DNA from: an uncultured Candidatus Saccharibacteria bacterium
GTDB lineage: Bacteria > Patescibacteriota > Saccharimonadia > Saccharimonadales > JBBQAJ01
Length of the DNA: 64,000 nucleotides
Reading direction: 5' to 3'
Assembly: GCA_964593805.1 (NCBI GenBank)
Contig: CAZQHP010000001.1
Location: 709,283 to 773,282 of the forward strand
Part shown: positions 49,222-60,536 of the stretch, piece by piece
Position numbering within the stretch: position 1 is the first letter of the stretch
Layout of the letters: each line of letters begins with the position of its first letter
Made by a program: the position numbers and the translations under genes
The notes under the pieces: model-generated
Database searches by the model: none
What the model was told of the DNA's origin: nothing
Seen by the model: the letters and a program-made list of their open reading frames with translations, nothing else

Positions 49222-49702
49222 ACTCCGCAAACAGCTGACGGCTATCAAATTTGTTGAGGCGGCGACTTTTTACTGGTCGCCCCAAACCAGCACCATATAC
49301 CTAAACAGCGGCATCCTGGAGAAAGAAGATGGCCAGTGGGCGCTGCTGCACGAAGCGGGGCACGCCGTGCTGGCACACAAGGGCTACAAAACAGACGCCG
49401 GGTTACTTATGCTGGAAGTAGAAGCCTGGCAAGCGGCGCTAGATTTGGGCCAAAAACTAGACATAGCCATAGATGAAGAACACATACAGGACTGCCTAAA
49501 CACCTACCGCGACTGGCTGTATGCCCGCAGTACCTGCCCCACTTGTGCTTTAAACAGCCTACAAGTCGATGAGACCACTTATTTGTGCCTTAACTGCCTG
49601 GCGCGCTGGTCTGTGTCCCAATCGCGCTTCTGCCGCCCCTACCGCATGCAAGACAAGCACAAAAAAACACCGCCCGAGGTTAATCAGACGGTGTTTCGGT
49701 AA
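49199..49702 (+). CDS. ImmA/IrrE-like HEXXH metallopeptidase-domain protein with C-terminal zinc ribbon (hypothetical)
   Basis: The ATG at 49199 overlaps the kinase gene by 23 nt. WALLHEAGHAVLAH motif; CPTC...CLNC pairs. Confidence 0.5.
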   Translation: MKNLLLNKLRKQLTAIKFVEAATFYWSPQTSTIYLNSGILEKEDGQWALLHEAGHAVLAHKGYKTDAGLLMLEVEAWQAALDLGQKLDIAIDEEHIQDCLNTYRDWLYARSTCPTCALNSLQVDETTYLCLNCLARWSVSQSRFCRPYRMQDKHKKTPPEVNQTVFR

Positions 49703-49716
49703 GAAACTAGTCTAAA

Positions 49717-49914
49717 TTAGACAGTTTTCTTAGTTCGGCGGCTAATTCGTCCGCCTTTAGCGCCAGCTATACGAGCAAGCTCGCGGTTTGCAAAGAAACC
49801 GCCGGTGCGGCCTTTTTTGCCGCCCGCAGCACCGATTTTTGCGTAAAAATCAGCACCGTATTTAGCTTTGTTTGTAGAGGCAGCAGCCTTGCCGCCAGCT
49901 TTAGTTCCAGCCAT
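49717..49914 (-). CDS. KGG-repeat general stress protein (YciG/GsiB-like)
   Basis: 65 aa with repeated GGKKG/AKGG motifs. Confidence 0.6.
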   Translation of the reverse strand: MAGTKAGGKAAASTNKAKYGADFYAKIGAAGGKKGRTGGFFANRELARIAGAKGGRISRRTKKTV

Positions 49915-49950
49915 TGTTATGACTCCCTGCCCACCGCGTTAGTTGAAGAT

Positions 49951-49985
49951 AAAAAGAGGGACCTGTTTTTCAACAGATACCCTCT
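49951..49985 (-). terminator. Rho-independent terminator after the 50062..50265 gene
   Basis: Minus-strand AGAGGGuaucuguu-gaaa-aacagguCCCUCU hairpin followed by UUUUUAU. Confidence 0.6.
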
Positions 49986-50061
49986 CTTTTGTTTCTTCTT
50001 GCGAAGATATGCTTATGGTATCACATCATGCTAGTGTTGTCAACACGCTTCTGGTTGCTGG

Positions 50062-50265
50062 CTAGATGCGAAGCAATTCAAACACGCGGTTGATTAGAAA
50101 CGCCGGCCAGACCGCTGCCTTGAGCAGTGCCACGACTATGTTCCAGAAGCCGTCAACAGCTCCTACGAAGTAGAAAGCCGAGCCTACAAAGCCCAAGCAG
50201 TACATACCACCCGCTGGACCACTATTGTCCACAAAGTTTATACCTTTATATTCTTTTTTTGCCAT
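50062..50265 (-). CDS. Hypothetical small membrane protein
   Basis: The ATG at 50265 is preceded by GGAGG. 67 aa with two hydrophobic helices. Confidence 0.5.
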   Translation of the reverse strand: MAKKEYKGINFVDNSGPAGGMYCLGFVGSAFYFVGAVDGFWNIVVALLKAAVWPAFLINRVFELLRI

Positions 50266-50348
50266 AGTTTTATATCCTCCAGCCTCATTAAACACCTCTA
50301 GCTAATCATAAGCAATATCTCACAGCAGGCGCGCGCTATAATGTTGGG

Positions 50349-50765
50349 GTGACAAAAAATGAGATTATTCAGAAGGTGAAGGCTATGAACTGGCCGGAGG
50401 GTTCGTACGTGGTCTTTGGTAGTGGACCGATGGCCGTCGCCGGCATACGGGAATCGAGCGACATTGACCTGCTCGTTTCTGATGAGCTTGCCAAGCAATT
50501 AAAAGCTGATGGCTGGCAAGAAATAGAGAAAACCCCGAACGACAAACCACTGGTTCAGGGCGACTTTGAAGCTCACAAAAGCTGGGAATTCAGTTCTTAC
50601 AAGCCAACGCTTGAACATTTACTATCCACCGCAACAGTAATAGACGGCGTCCCTTTTGCCTCGCTACAAGAAGTTAGGAAGTGGAAAACAGCCTCTGCCC
50701 GCCCCAAAGACCTGACCGACATCAAACTCATTGACAACTATCTAGCCAAGAAGAAAAAGTTTTGA
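50349..50765 (+). CDS. Nucleotidyltransferase-fold (Pol-beta superfamily) protein
   Basis: 138 aa. The FGSGPMAVAGIRESSDIDLLV (GS...DxD) motif and a C-terminal ARPKDLTDIKLI block. Confidence 0.6.
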   Translation: MTKNEIIQKVKAMNWPEGSYVVFGSGPMAVAGIRESSDIDLLVSDELAKQLKADGWQEIEKTPNDKPLVQGDFEAHKSWEFSSYKPTLEHLLSTATVIDGVPFASLQEVRKWKTASARPKDLTDIKLIDNYLAKKKKF

Positions 50766-50789
50766 ATATTAGCTATTTTCTGTTATAAT
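50762..50789 (+). promoter_or_regulatory. Putative promoter giving a leaderless Fic mRNA
   Basis: TTGAAT, a 16-nt spacer, then TGtTATAAT (-10 at 50784-50789). The Fic ATG at 50796 lies 7 nt downstream of the -10. Confidence 0.45.
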
Positions 50790-50795
50790 ATAGTA

Positions 50796-51905
50796 ATGCA
50801 ATCTGGTTTTTCTTCCCCTGAATTATTTCTGGGGAATCCTACAGGCTTTGAAGCCGATAGAGCCCGTCAGGCACGCAAAATTGACCGCCTGCTAGGGTTT
50901 TTTGGCTTTGAAGAACAGCTGGCGACCCCGGAACAACGAACCGACTTTGTAGATGGTTTGCAATTTGAACAGTTTGAATTTCTGCTCCGCCAGATGAACG
51001 GCGCTATTGTAAACCTGAAACCTAGTGAGCGTACATACGCCAGCGAGTTACAGAATATTGGTGACCGAAGTTCCGCAGTTCATCCCCCTATAGACATCAT
51101 GCCCGCCCCGCCCCAGAAAGGGCCATTGCTCGAAAAGGTCCTGCAGACAGCACAGACGGCGCGTACGCTGGAAGACAAAGCCACCATACTGGCCGTAGGT
51201 ATAAACGCGGTGCATCCCTTTCCTGAAGGCAACGGCCGCGTTGCTAGAGGTGTTTATTATCTGCTGACTCAAGGCTTTAAAAGCGGCGACCCTAAACTAG
51301 CAGAAGTGCTCGGCGAAGATGGAGAAAACATAATCACGCCAGACCCGAACTTCCTACGACCCGTGATTATGGGTATGCTCAAAATTAAACTTGGCACACA
51401 CATCTATGATCCAACCACTTATAATGTAAAGCCCCGGCTGATTTCGGCGAGTAATGATGCGAATTTCAACCCTGTCAAAGTGCCTGAACCGTTTAAACGT
51501 CCGCTCAATGACGAGCTTGCCATGATTCTGCTGCAGGAAGACATGAAGGACATGGTGCCCCTGCTGGCCGCGGAGTCGGATCCGGCCAATCCTGCCCTTA
51601 ACGCTTCAATCGTCGAACATGAAGGCCAGCCTTATTTCCTGATGAATAAGTTCTGGGAGTATGCTACAGATGAAGATTTTATCAGGATGACGACTTTTTT
51701 TACCGCGGTAAAGGATATGTATGTGGAGATACTTCTGGAACAGATGCTCCTGGGAGATCAAAGCTTCCCGAGCATGGTTCCTGATGAAAACGGCAATCTC
51801 GTACAGATGCCGTGCGCAGTCGCCATGAGCAAAATCACCAAGCGCGAGCTTGACGTTTCACCGGAAGCTATGGAACGGGCTTTGAACAAATTCTCCAAAC
51901 AGTAA
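50796..51905 (+). CDS. Fic/DOC family protein (putative AMPylase)
   Basis: 369 aa with the canonical Fic motif HPFPEGNGRVAR. Confidence 0.8.
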   Translation: MQSGFSSPELFLGNPTGFEADRARQARKIDRLLGFFGFEEQLATPEQRTDFVDGLQFEQFEFLLRQMNGAIVNLKPSERTYASELQNIGDRSSAVHPPIDIMPAPPQKGPLLEKVLQTAQTARTLEDKATILAVGINAVHPFPEGNGRVARGVYYLLTQGFKSGDPKLAEVLGEDGENIITPDPNFLRPVIMGMLKIKLGTHIYDPTTYNVKPRLISASNDANFNPVKVPEPFKRPLNDELAMILLQEDMKDMVPLLAAESDPANPALNASIVEHEGQPYFLMNKFWEYATDEDFIRMTTFFTAVKDMYVEILLEQMLLGDQSFPSMVPDENGNLVQMPCAVAMSKITKRELDVSPEAMERALNKFSKQ

Positions 51906-52040
51906 CTTCTCGAGCGTTGTTTACGCCACAACATTTACAGATTACAGCTTCAAAAGTTCGCGATATCGAATCCGATCACCGCGCCATAGTTACCCAATAC
52001 ACCTTCCACTAATTTCTAAGCTTGCTTCTTAAGATTATGC

Positions 52041-52676
52041 TCAGGGCTTCAGTTTTTTAGTTATAAACCACAGGAAGACCATGAAGACAATCATAACTAT
52101 TGCGACTGGTATAAATAAGATAAACGACTTCCAAAATAGCTGCCAATAATCACTATTTTCAATCAAGCGGGGGTCGAAAACTATTAATTTTTCGGTGGAT
52201 ATTACAATCAAGGCAAACACGGACACAAAAATACCAAATATCACAATGATTTGACTGTAAATACTAGCAATTTGTTTTTTAACTTCCCGATCAACTTGTT
52301 TTTTAATGTTGTCGCTATATCCTTTGACAACTTCTGTGAGCTGGTTAACGTCTTCGGCGCGTGCAGCGTCCTGGTCCAGAAGTCGAGGTAGGGTGATTGA
52401 ACCTATTTCAGTTGTGCGTGAATATGGTAGGTTTTTGGGATATTCAACCAGATAGAATGGTTCACGCCTTACGTCCTTAAAGACCTCAAGTTTATTACTC
52501 TCTCGATTATTGGTCGTTATGGTATTTGCGCTTATTAGTTCTGCGAGAGCGTCGTCAATTACGGCTCTTGGAATATCTGTAAGATGGTTATAGATGTGTT
52601 CTGGCAATAAACAGTTCGGTGCTTTATCGTAAAATACTTTTACAATTTTTTCTTTAACGCGACTTTTATCTATCAT
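52041..52676 (-). CDS. Hypothetical protein with soluble N-terminal domain and C-terminal double TM
   Basis: 211-aa ORF in an AT-rich stretch. TM helices IVIFGIFVSVFALIVI and FILFIPVAIVMIVFMVFLWFI. Confidence 0.45.
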   Translation of the reverse strand: MIDKSRVKEKIVKVFYDKAPNCLLPEHIYNHLTDIPRAVIDDALAELISANTITTNNRESNKLEVFKDVRREPFYLVEYPKNLPYSRTTEIGSITLPRLLDQDAARAEDVNQLTEVVKGYSDNIKKQVDREVKKQIASIYSQIIVIFGIFVSVFALIVISTEKLIVFDPRLIENSDYWQLFWKSFILFIPVAIVMIVFMVFLWFITKKLKP

Positions 52677-52867
52677 TGGCTAATCTTAGTGAGAATATAC
52701 ACTTGTTGCAAGCATTAGCACTAACTGATATCACAGGCATTCGATGAGATAGACGGTGGTGGTTTGGTACAATTAGAGAGATGAAGACTTTTAAAGGTTT
52801 CTAATTAGCTCCAACAGACCGCAACCTCTGGCAACGCCAGAGTATTTTTAATTTGTAAGGAGTTACT

Positions 52868-53401
52868 ATGAAACTTGGAAACCTAAACTTTGAACCGGTA
52901 GAACAAAATTTAAGCTTGGTTAGTGAGCCGACCCAAAAAGCCATCGCCGCCCACAAACTTTCGGGCGTTTTGGTGGCAGAAATCGACCCCGACGTCTCTG
53001 ATACAGCAGCGTTTTGTGAGAAATACAACGTCGGTCTAGATGTTTCGGTAAATTGCGTGATTTTGGAAGCCAAACGCGGTGAGCGAACGTGGTATGCCGC
53101 CTGCATGATTCCGGCTACCGTGCGAGCAGACGTAAACGGCATTGTACGCCGCGCACTAGATGCCAAAAAGATTTCCTTTGCCCCCATGGACAAAGCAGTG
53201 GCTCTAACGGGCATGGAGTTTGGCGCAATCAACCCCATAGGCCTGCCGGCTGACTGGCCCATTTTGGTAGACACCGGCGCTGCCGAACTAGAACACGCCA
53301 TCATCGGTAGCGGCATCCGCAAGTCCAAGCTGTTGGTATCTGGAAAGCTGTTGGCTTCCCTGCCCAACTCCCAAATGCTATCTCTGGTAAAAAGCGACTA
53401 A
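52868..53401 (+). CDS. YbaK/ProX-type aminoacyl-tRNA trans-editing domain protein
   Basis: 177 aa. NCVILEAKRG...ISFAP...TGMEFGAINPIGLP...GSGIRKSKL blocks typical of YbaK/EbsC/ProRS-INS-like deacylases; AAGGAG RBS. Confidence 0.7.
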   Translation: MKLGNLNFEPVEQNLSLVSEPTQKAIAAHKLSGVLVAEIDPDVSDTAAFCEKYNVGLDVSVNCVILEAKRGERTWYAACMIPATVRADVNGIVRRALDAKKISFAPMDKAVALTGMEFGAINPIGLPADWPILVDTGAAELEHAIIGSGIRKSKLLVSGKLLASLPNSQMLSLVKSD

Positions 53402-53404
53402 GAT

Positions 53405-53431
53405 AAAAGCCATCCTTTCGGATGGCTTTTA
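53405..53431. terminator. Bidirectional terminator between the ybaK-like gene and 5S rRNA
   Basis: AAAAGCCATCC-tttc-GGATGGCTTTT. Confidence 0.7.
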
Positions 53432-53437
53432 TATAAT

Positions 53438-53549
53438 TTGGCACCGTGCTATTTTCCCAGGGTTAAAACCCAAGTATTGTAACCGCTGCGAGGCTTAACT
53501 GCTGTGTTCGGCATGGGAACAGGTGTTTCCCTCGCGCCATGGGCACCAA
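53438..53549 (-). rRNA. rrf: 5S ribosomal RNA
   Basis: The reverse complement contains CCUGUUCCCAUGCCGAACACAGCAGUUAAGC, and the termini pair (UUUGGUGCC / GGUGCCAAA). Confidence 0.9.
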
Positions 53550-53804
53550 ACGCGAACTTCGTTCGCGTAATTATCAATTTTCAATTCACAAATTTCAATG
53601 AAATGACAATTAACAATGCACCAAACAAAGGTCAGGCTCAATGTCCATGCGGTAGTATATCATTTATGGTATAAGGCTTAAACAGCTTCATATCATATTT
53701 GGTATACTGCACGAATTTTGAAATATTAAGGCTAACGGGTGGTTAGAACCACCAATAACTAGTCAATGCACTTACTCAGAGAAGGCTCATGCCTTGTCTG
53801 AGTT

Positions 53805-56922
<3,118 letters not shown>

Positions 56923-57250
56923 ACGATATTGTGCATCGACTAGTTATTGGTAATACCAATACCTGTGCCATGTCGAATGACATGGTGCCGTTTGCCTTAT
57001 CGAAGGTCATATACGTTCCATTACGTACACAACCTATCTCAAAATTTGAATCTAATTGTTAAGTTACAAAACCCAAGAACATCCCACAAATACTGAATGA
57101 TTTACCCTGAGAGCTTGAGTTTACGCTGAAAGCCTGCAGGCGATTCCTTACAACTTCTTGCCTAAACTCAAGCAGTTGCAATATCTTATCACTAATAACA
57201 GGGGCGGTCAAGCATATTCTGATGTCAAACTTGCTACGTTTTATAGACTG

Positions 57251-58252
57251 TTAGCGCGGAGGTATTCCTTGCTTTTGCAATCGCTCGTCAGCTTCATTGC
57301 TGAGCCTAGTAATGATCTGTCCTGTCAGTAGATAGTTGAGCGGGTCCTGGTCTTCAGGAGGCTTACCATACTCAAACATTATATGCATGCAACGATTTAT
57401 GGCTTCGGCTGTATGACCATGGCTACGGTGGTTAAGCGGATTAAGTGCCGCTTCTCCTTGGACAGCAGCTTGTCTGTTGAGTAGCGCGGTCACTTGATTA
57501 CCCATCTCAACTATGACGGCATGCAGAGGCACGTCCCTTTTTGGTATTTTCGCCAGAAGCGCTTCCAACACAGATGCATTTCTCCAACCAGACTCTGAAG
57601 CTTCTTTGATAATGTTTGAAAAATTGTCGAATACGCGTCGTCTCAAACTAATTGGGTCCGAATACGGTAAACCAGGCAAAACCTCTTCTACAGGCTCTGT
57701 TTGAAGCTGTTCCACAACATCTGAAAGTATAGATGGGTCCTTTCCTGCTATTTTTGGTCCCATCACATAAGAATTAAATGCCAGTCGACTACTTTCGTCT
57801 CCCGCAGTCTTGGCAAATACCTCTTGCCAGAAACTTTCAGAACTTTGCCCCAGATCATCAACTGCAATGTGTTTATTAGCATCGCCTGCCTGCACCCTCC
57901 AGCTCAGTCGAGACATAACCCTGAGTGACATCAGCCACTGTAAATAACCCGAGGGATATTTCGCAATCCCCCATTTATCAACAGTAATTTGCTCACGCAA
58001 ACCTCTCCCATAGTCAACCAGAGCCTGTTTAGCAGCTTCTAGTTCTTCTACAGATCGCTCTTCTATCAATGCTCTGAAATTTTGGTCAACTGTTGTTGTG
58101 AAAAGTTCCCGTGGCTGATCACGTCTCCCAACACCCCAGGTTACATTATTTTCTGTGACTTGGTGCGCATACTCAACAGCCGACGTGCCTTCTGCCAGTT
58201 CTATAGGCGCCGTAGGGTTTGGTCCGGTTTGTAGTGTTTCTTTTGTAGGCAC
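57251..58252 (-). CDS. Hypothetical cytoplasmic protein (333 aa), downstream partner of the S8 protease
   Basis: Intact ORF with no signal peptide and no recognisable motif. It lies between the protease gene and 23S rRNA. Confidence 0.5.
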   Translation of the reverse strand: MPTKETLQTGPNPTAPIELAEGTSAVEYAHQVTENNVTWGVGRRDQPRELFTTTVDQNFRALIEERSVEELEAAKQALVDYGRGLREQITVDKWGIAKYPSGYLQWLMSLRVMSRLSWRVQAGDANKHIAVDDLGQSSESFWQEVFAKTAGDESSRLAFNSYVMGPKIAGKDPSILSDVVEQLQTEPVEEVLPGLPYSDPISLRRRVFDNFSNIIKEASESGWRNASVLEALLAKIPKRDVPLHAVIVEMGNQVTALLNRQAAVQGEAALNPLNHRSHGHTAEAINRCMHIMFEYGKPPEDQDPLNYLLTGQIITRLSNEADERLQKQGIPPR

Positions 58253-58304
58253 AGTATATGTATTATACTACAATCATCATTAAATAGCAAGCTCCCGGTA
58301 ATGT

Positions 58305-60047
58305 TTATTTTGTAGTCAGTGTAACTGAATTAGATGCAGCTGACTTGTTGTTACTGGCGTCAACAGCCTGAACATAGTAGGTATATCTAGTTCTGCGAGC
58401 AACGGATGTATCGGTGAAAGTCAGGTTAGTTGTCTTGGCGTAAAGCACGCCGTTTCGGTAAATCCAGTATTCTTTTACAGCAACGTTATCTTTGCTAGCT
58501 GTCCAGGTAAGTTTTGGCTTGCCGTTCTGCAGCTTGCCAGTCAGCACAGACGCAGTTGGAGCGGTAGTATCAGCAGGAAGTATTAGTGTGCCTAGTGCAC
58601 GATTTAGGTTTGGTAACGGACCTATATTTCCGGTCAATGTTCCAGCACTGGTGTTTTGCAGAGTTCCAGTCTGAATTAGTGTGCTACGTATCTGTGCAGG
58701 AGTTAGTACTTTGCCTGGGTTGAGTGTTTCGTAAGCAGAGCTTAGAGAAGCGATGGCTGAGGCCACAATTGGAGCAGCCGAACTTGTGCCATTAAAGTTT
58801 GAAGTATATGCACCATTTGGTGTAGTACTTGCTTCTAATGCGCCATAACCAGTTGTTGTTACACATTCTCCATGGCCCTGTAGTTCAACACGTGAACCGT
58901 AATTGCTAAAGTACAAGCGCGAATGAAGCGGCGCGCTACAAGCCGAACCCGCGCCGGCAATAACGGCACCCGAATTTACTTTGCCACTCGGGAAAGTCGT
59001 ACCCCACACCGTTGTGTCATCTAGATTATGACCGCTGTTGGCAGCCGCTTCTACAACATTTATACCGCTGTTTGTCAGCGCTTTAATAGCGTCATATATG
59101 GCTGGCTCCCACTCAACTGGCGCAAATCCGCCCACACTGGCGGGCGCCCAAGTTTGCTGCTCAATTAGAATTACATCACCAGGTACTGCTTTTGTAGCGG
59201 CAACCTGCAATGCGCCGACTATATCCCAACCGCGCTCTGAATTATAGGTATTAACTCTACTGAGTTTAACGCCAGTAGTAGCTCCAGTTACTCCGTAAGT
59301 ATTATCTGTTGCTACCATTTCGCCTAGAACGGCAGTACCGTGGTTTGTGTCATTAAACGGATCAACTGGCGTACCGTTTTTTACCATGGTATACACTGCT
59401 TTGGATAAGTCTTCGTGAGCGGCGTTCCAGCTGTATTCCAGATCAATTATACGCACAGCCGAGCCGGTGCCGCCTGGGAATGTTTTGGCAAAAGTTGCGC
59501 CAATTCCTTCTGGGCTAGGGTTTAGGTACTTCTGCAGGCTGGTGTAGTTGTTTGCCGTCGGTGCGGGCGCGGGCTTTGACTCTGGGTACACGGTTTCCAC
59601 GCTGTCCAACAAAGCAATCTGACCCACCAGAGCTTGAATATTATCTTTGGGAGTAACTTTGACTACAAAGTAGTTGTCTAGCTCGCTTGCCAGTTTAGTG
59701 CTGGCTTCTGTAGCTAGTTCGCTACCTGGACGAACTAGTTTTTCCAGCTTTTGCTTGCCCGCGTCTGCCAGTACTTTATTTATACTGTTAGCTTTGTTGC
59801 TAGTTTTGGTACTTTTAGCTTTGAAGTTGCTAGTCTGATCCAGCTCCATCTCTGCTGAATCTTTAAGCTTAAAAATAAGACTGTCGTTACGGTATTTCTG
59901 AGCGTTTGAATAGTCGTTGTTTGGGTTTGAGCCAGCGTCTACGACGCTGCCCAGACCAAACAGACTAGGTACAACTAAAAGCGCTGCCAGAAACAGAGAC
60001 AAAACAGATACAGTAACCTTGCCAAAACGATTTGCACGTAACTTCAA
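58305..60047 (-). CDS. Secreted subtilisin-like serine protease (S8 family) with C-terminal fibronectin-III-like domain
   Basis: N-terminal signal/anchor (VSVLSLFLAALLVVPSLFGL). Catalytic Asp (VRIIDLEYSW), His (NHGTAVLGEM) and Ser (NGTSSAAPIVAS) in D-H-S order. The C-terminal LTWTASKDNVAVKEYWIYRNG...YYVQAVDASNN segment is FN3-like. Confidence 0.8.
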   Translation of the reverse strand: MKLRANRFGKVTVSVLSLFLAALLVVPSLFGLGSVVDAGSNPNNDYSNAQKYRNDSLIFKLKDSAEMELDQTSNFKAKSTKTSNKANSINKVLADAGKQKLEKLVRPGSELATEASTKLASELDNYFVVKVTPKDNIQALVGQIALLDSVETVYPESKPAPAPTANNYTSLQKYLNPSPEGIGATFAKTFPGGTGSAVRIIDLEYSWNAAHEDLSKAVYTMVKNGTPVDPFNDTNHGTAVLGEMVATDNTYGVTGATTGVKLSRVNTYNSERGWDIVGALQVAATKAVPGDVILIEQQTWAPASVGGFAPVEWEPAIYDAIKALTNSGINVVEAAANSGHNLDDTTVWGTTFPSGKVNSGAVIAGAGSACSAPLHSRLYFSNYGSRVELQGHGECVTTTGYGALEASTTPNGAYTSNFNGTSSAAPIVASAIASLSSAYETLNPGKVLTPAQIRSTLIQTGTLQNTSAGTLTGNIGPLPNLNRALGTLILPADTTAPTASVLTGKLQNGKPKLTWTASKDNVAVKEYWIYRNGVLYAKTTNLTFTDTSVARRTRYTYYVQAVDASNNKSAASNSVTLTTK

Positions 60048-60073
60048 AACAAATACCTTACCTTAATGCAATC

Positions 60074-60102
60074 ATTATATCACCAATATCAATAATTGTC
60101 AA
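60074..60102 (-). promoter_or_regulatory. Perfect consensus sigma-70-type promoter for the S8 protease gene
   Basis: Minus strand TTGACA (60097-60102), a 17-nt spacer, then TATAAT (60074-60079), about 27 nt upstream of the ATG. Confidence 0.6.
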
Positions 60103-60135
60103 CCGCTTGTGCTTGAATTCTGTTGTTGTCACTTA

Positions 60136-60161
60136 AAATAAAAGATCCACCTTTCGGTGGA
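60136..60161 (-). terminator. Rho-independent terminator after the tRNA cluster / tRNA-Ala fragment
   Basis: Minus-strand UCCACC-gaaa-GGUGGA followed by UCUUUUAUUUU. Confidence 0.65.
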
Positions 60162-60168
60162 CACTTTA

Positions 60169-60192
60169 TTTGGTGGAGCAACGGGGACTCGA
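60169..60192 (-). repeat. 24-bp duplicate of the tRNA-Ala 3' end (att-like direct repeat)
   Basis: TTTGGTGGAGCAACGGGGACTCGA is identical at 60169-60192 and 60345-60368. The copy lacks the rest of the tRNA. Confidence 0.8.
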
Positions 60193-60346
60193 CCTACCTT
60201 CGGCAGGCCCGAAACTTCGCGACTGGCAACAAGTTGCCATCGGAAGATTTCCTTGCGAAGTGCCACTGGCACTTCTCACCCGGACCCTGTGCGGGGTTCT
60301 CGATTTTAACCAAACAAAAAGCCCAGCTCAAGCTGGACCCTTTGTT

Positions 60347-60423
60347 TGGTGGAGCAACGGGGACTCGAACCCCGGACCCCCTGCTTGCAAAGCAGGTGCT
60401 CTAGCCAACTGAGCTATTGCCCC
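60347..60423 (-). tRNA. tRNA-Ala (UGC), CCA encoded
   Basis: Reverse complement GGGGCAAUAGCUCAGUUGGCUAGAGCACCUGCUUUGCAAGCAGGGGGUCCGGGGUUCGAGUCCCCGUUGCUCCACCA. Cloverleaf with a G3-U70 pair and UGC anticodon. Confidence 0.9.
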
Positions 60424-60536
60424 ATGTATGAGACAAACCTTCGGTTTTTCTCATCGGTCAGTCGGCAAAAGCCGCCCCGCAAGCGGGCAAGCTGACCTGC
60501 TCTTTTCCCTGGCTTCAGGAAAACAACTTTGTAAAT

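Noticed and set aside
52677-52867. Possible T-box or attenuator upstream of the ybaK-like gene (GGTGGTGGTTTGGTAC plus a CTCTGGCaacGCCAGAG-TATTTTT hairpin).
   Set aside because: The core does not match GGUGGUACC, and AGAGA-type Stem I elements come after it rather than before it. The hairpin may be an ordinary terminator or attenuator, but a riboswitch call is not supportable.
52801-53367. 188-aa minus-strand ORF overlapping the ybaK-like gene.
   Set aside because: The plus-strand frame has a strong AAGGAG RBS and recognisable YbaK-family blocks. The antisense frame is low-complexity Ser/Ala/Arg-rich with no start context.
60169-60345. tmRNA (ssrA) candidate, because the segment ends in ...UCGAGUCCCCGUUGCUCCACCA.
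   Set aside because: It is only ~175 nt. It has no 5' GGGG...UUCGAC acceptor partner, no intact T-arm (the 5' strand of the T stem is missing) and no tag reading frame. The 3' end is an exact copy of tRNA-Ala, which fits a duplication or att scar better.
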